Source of the DNA: Thermodesulfobacteriota bacterium
GTDB lineage: Bacteria; Desulfobacterota; Desulfarculia; JACQYL01
DNA length: 64,000 nucleotides
Assembly (NCBI GenBank): GCA_963675595.2
Contig: CAXXLZ010000002.1
Location: 3,136,001 to 3,200,000 of the forward strand
Reading direction: 5' to 3'
Shown: piece after piece, positions 20,116-30,141 of the stretch
How positions within the stretch are numbered: position 1 is the stretch's first letter
Layout of the letters: each line of letters starts with the position of its first letter
The notes under the pieces: model-generated
The model's database searches: none
The model's input: the letters and a program-made list of their open reading frames with translations, nothing else
Told to the model about the DNA's origin: nothing
Program-made: the position numbers and the translations under genes

Positions 20116-20529
20116 AAAAGTCGGCCGAAGGCCCACCATCTCTCCTGTGCCCCCGTGCCGGCGTCCCTCTGCGGCATACCCCGTGAATAGGTGCCAAAGA
20201 ATTTCGGTGTGAACAGGTTCCTTCCCGGAATGCCCGTATTGCCCATGGTCGGGCGGGACCTGCGATCGGCCCGTTAGACGCGTCCGCGGTCCGTCCCGAG
20301 TCCCCCTCCCATTCTTTCAACGCTTGGTTTCTTTCCGGAGTGCGCCAACCTTACAGTACACGGAAATTCCATATGCGCCGAAAGCGCCCACTTCTCCAAA
20401 TGCGACTCACGGGCTTTATGTAAGGGGCGGGAGTGACGATACACTTATGGTGTCGTCCTTTTTATTGAGTGAAGACCTTTCCGCTTCGAGGCAGTTACCT
20501 CTTAATATGAGAGGGAAGGTACGTGGGGA

Positions 20530-22680
20530 GTGATGGAAATGAAGCATGGAGTCGATAACTTGGCTTGCGGTGAAGAACTTGGAACAAACGAGTCGTGTTC
20601 GGGGAGGAGGGCCGTGGTCGCGAGAGGTGCAAAAGGGAATCGATGGTTCGTGTGGGCGGCTCTTTCCCTAATGTGCGCATGGTCGGTGCTCCTACCCTTG
20701 CAACCCTCCGCTTCGCATGCCGGGAATTCGGCCGGAACGGCTCATCTCTATCAGTTTGACGGTTTCATGGCGCGCGAAGCGCCCGAGAATGATCTTTCCC
20801 GCGCGGTAATCTTCTACAGTCCGTCCGAAAGCGGCCGTTTGAACGAACCTGTTCGGCTCAGCGGCGACATTGGAGCGAAATTCAATGGACATTCCATGTT
20901 TCTACGGAGGGAGGAGAGCCGGCCGGAGGCCTTGTCCGCTTCGGCGTCCCCGGTAGGCGGGTACTCTGCCCATACGCCGGGCGAATCCTCGCCCCCGGGC
21001 TTTGAGCGGGAAGAAACCATCAAATGGGAGTGGCCTTCCGTTTTCGCGAATTTCGACGAAGTGCCTCCCACGGCCGCCGAAGCGGACCCCGCGGACGGCG
21101 GCGGCCTGCTCTACACCACCGCTTCGTCCCACCCGGACGGCGCGTATCCCATGACAACCAACGACTGGGCCGGGTGGCGCGACACGGCGTCCTACCCCGC
21201 TCCCGATGAAGACGTTCGCAATTATTTTTACCTGTATCTCAATTCCTACAATTCATCTCACATGGGATTCTCAACCTACGGGTACCTGGAAATCGACGGC
21301 GAGACCGCCGTTCGTGGTAACAGCCTGAGATACCGCGTCACCGGGGGTATCAACAGTGGCGGGAACTGCGGTACGCCCATCACCACCAAACGGCAATATC
21401 TCGACCTCCTGCAAGCGGGTGAGCATCCGGTATGTGAAGGAGCCGTTATCGGACATCCTTGTCTGTATTTCGCCAACACCGGCCCTAGCTGGAGCCCGGT
21501 GCCTTTTCCACAGGCCCAAGGGGCCAATCGACTGAGCATGTACTATCGCGCCCCGGCCGAATTGACCAACGGCGAGGGGGGATGGGGAAATCGGCCGGAA
21601 ATCACCATGAATGTCGGACCCTATAATGGTGTGGGGGGCCACTGGTACCACGAAGTGTGCAACCAGGGCGGCGGTTGGACGCATGTTCTGATCGACGCCC
21701 ATCCGCAGCACAACAACTCCTGGTCCAGTGCCGCGGACTACCCCTTTCCGAGTTCCAGCCTGCGGGATATGGGAGTCGATTACTTCAATGGTTGGTATCG
21801 ATGGTATGTGACTTTCAAACCCTATGAAGGAATCGCCGCCGCACCCTATGATGTGTGGTTCGACGAAGTGGAGTTCCTTACCGATCCGGAACCTCAAAAT
21901 AATGAAACCGTTTGTTCGCCGGCGGTCACCTGGTTTCCGGAGACGCGGTCCTTCGAGATCGGGTTCATGGACAAATACAAGAACAACGCCTACGCCTACG
22001 CCACCTACGAACTGCGCTACTCGTTCGAACCCATCACCAACGACGATTGGGACCAGGCCACACCGGCCCGCATTCTAGCCGACGAACGATTTTCCATCGG
22101 AGCCCGAGACGACGGCAAGTTCGCCAAGTACTGGCCGTATTACGCGTCGGTCTGGGCGCCCTTTACCCTGGCCTGTGAAGAGGACCTGGATCGGTTGACC
22201 CCGGACACGTTGATCTTCTTCGCCGTCAAAGACATTTCACAGGTGGGAGAAAACGGGATGCAACCCGTTCAGGACACGGGTATCGGTCGGTGGGTCGTGG
22301 GCGGACGCGATTATTCGGCTTACGGCGACACCTTCGACTATGAGGGAGATCAACCGGCACTGCCTTTGATCAAGCGCATCGATTTCCGCGTTCCAAAAGA
22401 ACCCGGCCGCGGCTCGATACGAGTCACCATCCTTCCTTCGGAGGCGGCACAGGCCGGCGCCGGATGGCGCTTGGTCGGGGAGAGCGTTTGGCGCGCCGGC
22501 GGCGACATGGAAACCGACCTGCAGGCCGGTGCTTATACGGTGGAATTCAAGGACGTGGGCGGCTGGAGAAGCCCGGCGAATCTGACGGTGACCGTAACGG
22601 CCGATCAAACCTCACAGCCGTCGGTAACGTATCTACGGGACGCAACCACGGGACTGCTCCTGCTTCTGTTGCCGGATTGA
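20530..22680 (+). CDS. Large secreted hypothetical protein with C-terminal beta-repeat domain and Leu-rich tail
   Basis: Hydrophobic signal ending ASHA; aromatic-rich core; module GSIRVTILP...AGWR...GAYTVEFKDVGGW; ends TGLLLLLLPD. Start uncertain. Confidence 0.8.
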   Translation: MMEMKHGVDNLACGEELGTNESCSGRRAVVARGAKGNRWFVWAALSLMCAWSVLLPLQPSASHAGNSAGTAHLYQFDGFMAREAPENDLSRAVIFYSPSESGRLNEPVRLSGDIGAKFNGHSMFLRREESRPEALSASASPVGGYSAHTPGESSPPGFEREETIKWEWPSVFANFDEVPPTAAEADPADGGGLLYTTASSHPDGAYPMTTNDWAGWRDTASYPAPDEDVRNYFYLYLNSYNSSHMGFSTYGYLEIDGETAVRGNSLRYRVTGGINSGGNCGTPITTKRQYLDLLQAGEHPVCEGAVIGHPCLYFANTGPSWSPVPFPQAQGANRLSMYYRAPAELTNGEGGWGNRPEITMNVGPYNGVGGHWYHEVCNQGGGWTHVLIDAHPQHNNSWSSAADYPFPSSSLRDMGVDYFNGWYRWYVTFKPYEGIAAAPYDVWFDEVEFLTDPEPQNNETVCSPAVTWFPETRSFEIGFMDKYKNNAYAYATYELRYSFEPITNDDWDQATPARILADERFSIGARDDGKFAKYWPYYASVWAPFTLACEEDLDRLTPDTLIFFAVKDISQVGENGMQPVQDTGIGRWVVGGRDYSAYGDTFDYEGDQPALPLIKRIDFRVPKEPGRGSIRVTILPSEAAQAGAGWRLVGESVWRAGGDMETDLQAGAYTVEFKDVGGWRSPANLTVTVTADQTSQPSVTYLRDATTGLLLLLLPD

Positions 22681-22995
22681 TCAGGGCCGACGGCGCGGAG
22701 ATCATCTTCGATTTTGCCCATTGAGCATAAAAAGAGGCTCTTCTACCATTGTCTCGAACCGGTACCGAAGTCGTCTCTTGCCCGAGAAATCCCTTCCCAA
22801 TCGCCCCTTTCCGTGGACCTCCATCAGAGTCGGACTGCCTGCTTGACCCAAGGTCATCGGGGTGCGCAGAAAGGAATTTAGGTGCCGTGCGGCTGCCCCG
22901 CCGGTTTCCGGTGATGAAAGAGAGGGGCGGTTCGTTGGACGGACCGCCCCTCGCCGTCCCACGCCCGTGGTCGGACGCGGGAAAGTCTCTCGTTC

Positions 22996-24270
22996 TCAGG
23001 GCGCAACCCTCAGGCTCAGGTCTCCGTTCGGCCAGTAGAAGATCGAAGGAGACGCCTTCACCGCAAAAACCCTGAAGGACAGGTCGTCATCCTGGTGGCT
23101 GATCTTGGGACGCAGCGTCAGCTTGAGGGGTTTGGTTTTCGGGACCTGTACGATGAAGCCGGGCGCGACTTGATACGAATTTCTCGCCACGTCCGCGGGT
23201 TCGCTGTAGAAGGGCCACCACAAGTAATTCGGTTCTTTGAACGAAATATTCCATTCCGCCCGGTTGGAGGCGTAGCTGCTGTTGTCCCGAATGACCACGT
23301 CGGGCGTGGAGTAGCTCTCCGAATAGCCGGCGTTGCCCCCCACGGCGTTCGTGCCGAGGGACGCGCCGATGCTGAATCCCTTGGTGGTGTTTCCCACGGT
23401 GCCGGTGGGCATATATTCGTAGAGCGCGGCGCCGTCGGTGGTGTCCACCGTGGCTTTGAGGTTCATGGCGTACGTATACCAGCCGCATCGCCCACTGGTG
23501 GACTTGTAGTCGTTGATCTCCGATTGGTAGCTGGTGGTCGCCAGAAACCAGTTCTTGGTCGCATTCGTGGTGTTCAGTTTGAACACGTTGATCAGAAACC
23601 GGTAGGAGCCGCCGTGCATGGTTCCTCTCCAGTCCTGGGTATAGGTGGCGTCCCAGGCGCCCGAGTCGGCCTGCGAGGCGAGGGCGTGTTTTTCCAGGAC
23701 TTCGGCGATCCAGTCGGTGAGCAGATCCAGCAGCGTCCCCACCGTGGGGTTTTCATCGAGGCCCAGGTAAAGGTCCTCCCGGTCGCCGTCCGGAACCCCG
23801 TACATGAAGTAGGCGTAATTTTCCGGATCGCTCGTCTCACCATGATCACCGGGATCGAAGGCATTTAGCGCTTCACGGAGTGCGGCGTCCCCTCCGATCA
23901 GTCCGAAGAACTCCCCCGCCCGGGCTCGGGAAGTGAACAGGGCCAGGGTTTCCGAGTCGAAGGAGTTGAGAACCTCGGCGCTCTTGAACAGAAAGACGTT
24001 GATGAAGGCGGACGAGTCCGGTCCTTGGGCGTCGGTATAAACCTCGGTGGGGTCCGTCTGCTCGTCGCTGAGGGCGGCGGCGAGCTGCTCTCCCGAATAG
24101 GCTTCGAGCCGGTCGTGACTTTGTACGATGATGAGTTGGACCTGAAGCGGCTCGATTTCGGATGCCTCCGGCGTTTCATGGCCGGTGCCGCACCAGGCGC
24201 CTTGGGCGAATCCGACAATCAAGACACAACACATCAAGGCTGTGATTTTTCTCCCGAAAAATAGGTTCAA
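22996..24270 (-). CDS. Secreted protein, putative leukocidin/cytolysin-like beta-pore-forming protein (copy A, 424 aa)
   Basis: RBS AGGAGAGG then TTG 24270 gives the same length as the paralogue; signal peptide; EYMP...GFSIGASLG...GYSESYSTPD...W stem-like pattern. Confidence 0.7.
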   Translation of the reverse strand: MNLFFGRKITALMCCVLIVGFAQGAWCGTGHETPEASEIEPLQVQLIIVQSHDRLEAYSGEQLAAALSDEQTDPTEVYTDAQGPDSSAFINVFLFKSAEVLNSFDSETLALFTSRARAGEFFGLIGGDAALREALNAFDPGDHGETSDPENYAYFMYGVPDGDREDLYLGLDENPTVGTLLDLLTDWIAEVLEKHALASQADSGAWDATYTQDWRGTMHGGSYRFLINVFKLNTTNATKNWFLATTSYQSEINDYKSTSGRCGWYTYAMNLKATVDTTDGAALYEYMPTGTVGNTTKGFSIGASLGTNAVGGNAGYSESYSTPDVVIRDNSSYASNRAEWNISFKEPNYLWWPFYSEPADVARNSYQVAPGFIVQVPKTKPLKLTLRPKISHQDDDLSFRVFAVKASPSIFYWPNGDLSLRVAP

Positions 24271-24452
24271 GGTTCCTCTCCTTTGCCGGCGGTTGTTGTA
24301 GATAGAAACCTTCAGAAAAAACCCTTGTCTCCGCTTGCGGGAACGGGCGATCCTTCCCGCGTCTCCGTGCACTCAGCGGTGATGCGACCGGCGAAAGCCG
24401 GGATGTTCGTGGTGCTGCAAATGAAACCCATTTGTTCCCATCGGTGTCGGAC

Positions 24453-25727
24453 TCAGGGCGCAACCCTCAGGCTCAGGTCTCCGTTGGGCCAGTAAGTGGT
24501 CCAAGGAGACACCTTCAACACAACAACCCTGAAGGACAGGTCGTCGTCCCGGTGACTGATCTTGGGGCGCAGCTTCAGCTTGAGCGGTTTGGTCTTCGGG
24601 ACCTGTACGATGAAACTGGGCGCGACTTGATACGAATTTCTCGCCACGTCCGCGGGTTCGCCGTAGAAGGGCCACCACAAGTAATTCGGTTCCTTGAACG
24701 AAATATTCCATTCCGCCCGGTTGGAGGCGTAGCTGCTGTTGTCCCGAATGACCGCGTCGGGCGTGGTGTAGCTTTCCGAATACTCGGCGCTGCCTCCCAC
24801 GGAATCGGTGCCCAGGGAACCCCCGATACTGAATCCTTTGGTGGTGTCTCCCACGGTGCCGGTGGGCATGTAGTCATAGAGCAAGGCGCCGTCGGTGGTG
24901 TCCACCGTGGCTTTGAGGTTCATGGCGTTCGTATACCAGCCGCATCGCCCGCTGTTGGACCTGTAGTCGTCGATCTCCGATTGGTAGCTGGTGGTCACCA
25001 GAAACCAGTTCTTGGTCGGATTCGTGGTGTTCAGTTTGAACACGTTGACCAGAAACCGGTAGGAGCCGCCGTCCATGGTTCCTCTCCAGTCCTGGGTATA
25101 GGTGGCGTCCCAGGCGCCCGAGTCGGCTTGTGAGGCAAAGGCGTGTTTTTCCAGGACCTCGGCGATCCAGTCGGTGAGCAGATCCAGGAGCGACCCCACT
25201 GTGGGGTTTTCATCCAGGCCCAGGTAAAGGTCCTCCCGGTCGCCGTCCGGAACTCCGTACATGAAGTAGGCGTAATTCTCCGGATCGCTCGTCTCACCTT
25301 TATCACCCGGATCGAAGGCGTCCAGCGCCTGCCTCAGCGCCGCGTCCCCGCCGATGAGTCCGAAAAACTCCCCCGCCTGCGCCCGGGAAGCGAACAAAGC
25401 CAGGGTTTCCGAGTCGAAAGAATTGAGAACGTCTACGCTCTTGAACAGAAAGACGTTGATGAAAGCGGACGAGTCCGGTCCTTGGGCGTCGGAATAGATC
25501 TCGGTGGGGTCCGTCTGCTCGTTGTTGAGGGCGGCGGCGAGCTGCTCTCCCGAATAGGCTTCGAACCGATCCTGACTTTGTACGATGATGAGTTGGACGT
25601 GAAGCGGCTCGATTTCGGTCGCCTCCGGCGTTTCATGGCCGATGCCGCCCCAGGCGCCTTGGGCGAATCCGACAAACAATACACAGCACATCAAGGCTGT
25701 GATTTTTCTCAGAAAGAATGAGTACAC
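24453..25727 (-). CDS. Secreted protein, putative leukocidin/cytolysin-like beta-pore-forming protein (copy B, 424 aa)
   Basis: Collinear, highly similar tandem paralogue of 22996-24270 with the same RBS and signal peptide. Confidence 0.7.
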   Translation of the reverse strand: MYSFFLRKITALMCCVLFVGFAQGAWGGIGHETPEATEIEPLHVQLIIVQSQDRFEAYSGEQLAAALNNEQTDPTEIYSDAQGPDSSAFINVFLFKSVDVLNSFDSETLALFASRAQAGEFFGLIGGDAALRQALDAFDPGDKGETSDPENYAYFMYGVPDGDREDLYLGLDENPTVGSLLDLLTDWIAEVLEKHAFASQADSGAWDATYTQDWRGTMDGGSYRFLVNVFKLNTTNPTKNWFLVTTSYQSEIDDYRSNSGRCGWYTNAMNLKATVDTTDGALLYDYMPTGTVGDTTKGFSIGGSLGTDSVGGSAEYSESYTTPDAVIRDNSSYASNRAEWNISFKEPNYLWWPFYGEPADVARNSYQVAPSFIVQVPKTKPLKLKLRPKISHRDDDLSFRVVVLKVSPWTTYWPNGDLSLRVAP

Positions 25728-25976
25728 CGTTCCTCTCCTTTGTTTGAGCCGGATTGTGAACCGAGACTTGTATCGAAAGGCCGCATATTCGCTTGCATGA
25801 TCGGGCGACCTACCGGAAGCACGGCTTTAGCCGGCGATCACTACCCGACTGAAGTCGAGCTCCATAGCCGATAATGCAGGCGAATACAAATTTCAAGGCA
25901 ATGTTCCCTGATTTCGGGAAACGAATGCCGAAATTCCTCTTGATCATTCACGCCATGAGGATGATGTTTCTTGAAG

Positions 25977-26678
25977 TCAGTCTTTCAGCGGCGTCTCGGC
26001 GTAGAAGTCACCGCGCGACCCCAGCCCGTGCGTGTCGTAGGCTTCGATCCAGGACGCCACCTTTTCCGGACCGTAGGCTTCCCGCCAGGCGGACACGATG
26101 GCATCCACGGGGACGTCGTCGAAGATTCCGTGATACGACACGTATTCCATGTATCGCTGTCGCTCCCGGTTGTAAGGCTGAAACAGGGAATCCGTTTTGC
26201 CGTCGAATTCCAAAGGTTCCACGTCGTGGCGCTGACAAAGCTCCCGGTTGAACGCGGGTGTGGACCTCACCCATCGTCCTTCGAGATAAAACTCCGTGAA
26301 TCCGTGAAACACGAACACATTGGAGCCCAGGTAGGAGATCAGGCGTTGTGTGGCCAGATGATTCTTCACCGTGGCGAAGCCCAACCGGGCGGGAATGCCG
26401 CACAGGCGTCCAAGAGCGCAAAGCAGGGCGGCCTTGGGAATGCAGAAACCGCGACCCACCTCCAGTATCCAGCTCGCCCGGTAATGCTCCGGTTTGTGAA
26501 AAGGAAAGTAGGGATCGTAGCGGATACCGTCGCGCACGGCATAATAAAGGCGCACCGCCTTTTCGACGGGTTCCGTGGAGGAGCCTACGGCGTTTGCGGC
26601 ATAATCCTTCACTCGAGGGTGCTCGTAGTCGAGAATCTCGGTGGGCTTGAGATATTTCGGGTCGATGGAATCGGACAA
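25977..26678 (-). CDS. Transglutaminase-like family protein
   Basis: YYAVRDGIRYDPY, GFCIPKAALLCAL.R..GIPARL, FHGFTEFYLEGRW. Confidence 0.9.
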   Translation of the reverse strand: MSDSIDPKYLKPTEILDYEHPRVKDYAANAVGSSTEPVEKAVRLYYAVRDGIRYDPYFPFHKPEHYRASWILEVGRGFCIPKAALLCALGRLCGIPARLGFATVKNHLATQRLISYLGSNVFVFHGFTEFYLEGRWVRSTPAFNRELCQRHDVEPLEFDGKTDSLFQPYNRERQRYMEYVSYHGIFDDVPVDAIVSAWREAYGPEKVASWIEAYDTHGLGSRGDFYAETPLKD

Positions 26679-26962
26679 GGGGACCTCCGGAGTGGTTCAC
26701 CGACGAATCATGGAAGAAAGCGCCGCGATTCGTCGGGTTGTCTCGGTACCCCGCTTCACCGCGGAAAACCGGTTGAGGGATCAATCACGGTCATCTAGAA
26801 TGGTTTCGGGAAGAAAAGCAAGAACCAAGTCCGAAAGGGCCGTGTCCGGATGCGATTCGCATGGGTCGGAAGATTGAGCCCCTGGGGAGCAACCCCCGCG
26901 CGTGGGGGTTGTTGTCTTGGACGCGCCCGAGGCGAGATTGTCCGGGCGGGAAAGGAACTCGT

Positions 26963-27430
26963 TTGATCGAGATTTTCATAGACGCCGACGGCTGCCCGGT
27001 GAAGGAGGAGATCTATCGGGTCGCCGCGCGGCATGGAGCGCGAGTCAAAGTGGTATCCAACTCGTGGATGCGCGTGCCGGACCACGAGAGTGTGGAGCTG
27101 GTGGTGGTGAGCGAAGGACTCGACGAAGCGGACGATTGGATCGTGGACCATGTGTCCCGCAACGGCATCGTGGTGACCGCCGATATTCCTTTGGCTTCGC
27201 GGAGCCTGGAAAAGGGTGCCAAAGCGTTGAGCCCCAAGGGTCGCATATTCTCGGAAGACACCATAGGGACGGCTTTGGCCGACCGGGACCTCCTGGCGCA
27301 ACTTCGCAGTTCGGGCATGATGACGGGCGGACCCGCTCCCATGGCGAAAAAGGACCGATCTCGGTTCCTGGAGCGTTTGGAAGAAGTCGTCCGCTCCGTG
27401 GAGCGGGAGCTGGGTTCCGGCGTCCCATGA
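26963..27430 (+). CDS. yaiI: YaiI/YqxD (DUF188) family protein
   Basis: IFIDADGCPVK, ADDWIV, VVTADIPLA; RBS AAAGGA before TTG 26963. Confidence 0.9.
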   Translation: MIEIFIDADGCPVKEEIYRVAARHGARVKVVSNSWMRVPDHESVELVVVSEGLDEADDWIVDHVSRNGIVVTADIPLASRSLEKGAKALSPKGRIFSEDTIGTALADRDLLAQLRSSGMMTGGPAPMAKKDRSRFLERLEEVVRSVERELGSGVP

Positions 27431-27533
27431 ACCCAACCCCTTCCTTCCATGTGAAGCCCTCCGCCGGATCTTGCCCACGTGCGTGAGACCTGGATCACGC
27501 GGCCTTTGCATTGAAAATGTACTTCGGTCGTAA

Positions 27534-28895
27534 TCATTCCGGCCGTAGAATCCGGGCCCAGCGGGGATGCACTTCCGGAATCCGCAGGACGTTTCCCCGC
27601 GCCCGGAACCGATCCTCAGGGTTCAGCAGGTCTCTGAGACGGATGCCCTCGGTGAACGGCGAAGGAACATCCACGTGCACCGGCTTATCCGAGGCGTTGA
27701 GAATCACGACCACGGTTTCGTCCGGCGTGGCCCGTTGGTAGGCCAACTGTTCGTGGGCCACGAGCAATTGCCCGTAGTCTCCATATTTGAGTGCCGGGCT
27801 GTCTTTCCGAATCCGGGCCAACTGTGCGATGGTGCGGGCCAGGTCGGGGTGTGGGCATTGGTGCGGCGTCTTCAGGAATTCGAGGGCCGGTCTCAAAGCT
27901 CCGTCGCCGTTGCGGGTCCTCTTTCCCTCCATCCCCCATTCACTTCCATAATAGATGGAAGGTACGCCCGGCATGGTGAAGAGCAGGCAGTAGAGCGGAT
28001 ATAGATGGGCGGGTTCGGTGAGGTTGCTCGCCACGCGGTTCACGTCGTGGTTGTCCGCGAAGTTGTACAAAGGCAAGCCCGCATAGAGGCCCTCCTTTCC
28101 GAACTGCCGATTGAGGGCATAGGCGATTTCGAAGTAGTTCCGATCCACGTGGCTTGAATAGAGCCCTTTGTAGCATTCGTAATTGGTTACGGAATCCAGC
28201 AGTTGCGGATTGGCCAATCGGCGGTAGTCTCCGCGTACGACTTCTCCCATGAGCCAGAAATCCGGTTTCATCTTTCTGCAGAAGGCGGCCAAGTCCCGGA
28301 GGAAGGCCGGGTCCACACAGTCCGCGGCGTCCAGGCGCAGTCCGTCGATTTCGTATTCCCGAATCCATGCCCCCACCGCCTCGAACAGATGATTTCTGAG
28401 CTCGGGGTCGGAGAGGTTCAGTTTGACCAAGTCGAAATGCCCGTTCCAGCCTTCATAAGAAAAGGGGTCTCCATAGGGGCTTGTGCCTTTAAAGGACAGC
28501 CCGGAAAACCAATTTCGATAATCGGATCGATCCAACCGTTGTCGGACGTCCCGGAAGGCCTGGAAATCGCGACCCACGTGGTGGAAAACACCGTCGAGGA
28601 TCACTCGGAACCCCCTCTGCTTGAGTTTTCGCATCAAGCGAGAGAGGGTTTGGTTGGTGCCCAGGCGGCGATCGACCAGATGAAAGTCGGCGGTATCGTA
28701 CCCATGGGCGGTGGATTCGAACACGGGACCGAGGTAAAGGGCGTTGACGCCCAGCTCTTCCCAGTGGTCGACCCACTCAAAAAGTCGTTCCAGTCGGGGA
28801 ACGGGAGGAGAAACGAAATCGTTTCGGGGGGGCGTTCCGCAGAATCCCAAAGGATAGATATGGTAAAAGATGGAATTCCGTGCCCAGTGCGTCAT
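27534..28895 (-). CDS. GH13 alpha-amylase family glycosidase (cyclomaltodextrinase/neopullulanase-like)
   Basis: HGYDT, VILDGVFHH, DGLRLDAA, GEV, FADNHD, PSIYYGSE. Confidence 0.93.
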   Translation of the reverse strand: MTHWARNSIFYHIYPLGFCGTPPRNDFVSPPVPRLERLFEWVDHWEELGVNALYLGPVFESTAHGYDTADFHLVDRRLGTNQTLSRLMRKLKQRGFRVILDGVFHHVGRDFQAFRDVRQRLDRSDYRNWFSGLSFKGTSPYGDPFSYEGWNGHFDLVKLNLSDPELRNHLFEAVGAWIREYEIDGLRLDAADCVDPAFLRDLAAFCRKMKPDFWLMGEVVRGDYRRLANPQLLDSVTNYECYKGLYSSHVDRNYFEIAYALNRQFGKEGLYAGLPLYNFADNHDVNRVASNLTEPAHLYPLYCLLFTMPGVPSIYYGSEWGMEGKRTRNGDGALRPALEFLKTPHQCPHPDLARTIAQLARIRKDSPALKYGDYGQLLVAHEQLAYQRATPDETVVVILNASDKPVHVDVPSPFTEGIRLRDLLNPEDRFRARGNVLRIPEVHPRWARILRPE

Positions 28896-28913
28896 GTCGA
28901 ACCTCCATTTAAG

Positions 28914-28931
28914 CTATACCGATCGGTATAG
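28914..28931. promoter_or_regulatory. TetR-type operator upstream of the GH13 gene
   Basis: Perfect palindrome CTATACCGATCGGTATAG; near-identical copy upstream of tetR. Confidence 0.8.
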
Positions 28932-28970
28932 TATAGGGAAAAAAAAGAAGCCCCGTTTTTCAGCGGCCTG

Positions 28971-29537
28971 TCATGAAAAAATCCCGTGCATGAACTGGTG
29001 AACCGCCCGATGCGTCAACGCCTCGTCCAACACCACATACCCGTTGAGCGCCAAGGCGATATATGTGTTGATCATACCCAAAAACGTGGCCGCGTAAGCT
29101 TTGTGTCTTCCCTTCATGTTGCCGTGGTCCTTGGCCGCGCAGATGAAGAGATGTTCCAACAGCTCCTGCTGCTTTTCGTTCAAGCGGGTCACCGATTTGA
29201 GGGACTCGCTTTGCGGGGGCGCGAACCACATGGAAAGCTGCATCCGGTAATAAGTCGGATTTCGCTCCGCAAAACGAAAGTACACCGCCGCCACCCGGTG
29301 GAGGGTCAGGGGTACGTCCCCTCGGTAGTCCGCCTCGGATCGGAGCTTCGTATAGAGCTCGCCGAACCTTTCGGACAGGAGGGTTTCCAGCAAACCCACT
29401 TTGCTTCCGAAATAATGGTAGAGGGTGGGCTTGGTCAGGCCCGCCGAATCCACGATCTCCTGCACGCCCACCGCATCGTAACCGCGGGCGGAAAACAAGT
29501 CCAAAGCGCAGTTCAGAAGTCTCATTCGGTTGTTCAT
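28971..29537 (-). CDS. TetR/AcrR family transcriptional regulator
   Basis: N-terminal HTH ALDLFSARGYDAVGVQEIVDSAGLTKPTLYHYFGSK. Confidence 0.95.
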   Translation of the reverse strand: MNNRMRLLNCALDLFSARGYDAVGVQEIVDSAGLTKPTLYHYFGSKVGLLETLLSERFGELYTKLRSEADYRGDVPLTLHRVAAVYFRFAERNPTYYRMQLSMWFAPPQSESLKSVTRLNEKQQELLEHLFICAAKDHGNMKGRHKAYAATFLGMINTYIALALNGYVVLDEALTHRAVHQFMHGIFS

Positions 29538-29561
29538 AGTAACCTGCTCCTGGAGTCGGAA

Positions 29562-29586
29562 TATACCGAACGGTATAATACGTCAA
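29562..29586 (-). promoter_or_regulatory. tetR promoter with autoregulatory operator
   Basis: TATACCGAACGGTATA (29562-29577) just downstream of a minus-strand -35 TTGACG (29581-29586). Confidence 0.75.
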
Positions 29587-29859
29587 GAAAAAAAGAAACT
29601 GCGGGCCTCTCAAGGCTCTTGCCAAGAAACCGCGCATGGGTAAACTGGTAGTAACTGTGAATCGTTGTGACGCCGCCCCGGGGTGGGGCGGGCCAAGACA
29701 GCGCCCTGAACCGGGGACCCAAGGCCCGGAGATTTCCGCAGGCGGAACCAAGGGTTCGAGCTCGACACGTCTAAGGAAAGGAATTTTCTCGGTTTCGTCT
29801 TTTTCGGCACGGTATGGGAAGCATTTCAAAATCATGACCAATTCAGCGAGGCGCGACGC

Positions 29860-30141
29860 GTGAGAACATTCCAGGAAGGCGAATTGGTGATGTTGCTCAT
29901 CGGCATGGGAGTGCTGACGTTTCTCCTTAGATTCCGAAAAGGATTCAAAGAGACATCCGAACTGCATCTGCTGTTCCTTTCCTTCTATTCCTTTCTTCTG
30001 AGCTGGTTGTTCACCGTGCTGGAGTCATTCGTTCTTTATTCCCTGATGAACATTCTCGAGCATGTGTTTTACGTCGTCAGTGGTGTTCTCATGGCAATTT
30101 GGTGTTTCCGGATATCGAAAACCCGAGGAGCGGTTGATTGA
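29860..30141 (+). CDS. Small three-TM membrane protein coupled to the downstream kinase
   Basis: 93 aa, three hydrophobic segments; stop overlaps the kinase start. Confidence 0.75.
   Translation: MRTFQEGELVMLLIGMGVLTFLLRFRKGFKETSELHLLFLSFYSFLLSWLFTVLESFVLYSLMNILEHVFYVVSGVLMAIWCFRISKTRGAVD

Noticed and set aside
24271-24372. N-terminal extension of the 458-aa ORF
   Set aside because: The RBS and paralogue alignment place the start at TTG 24270
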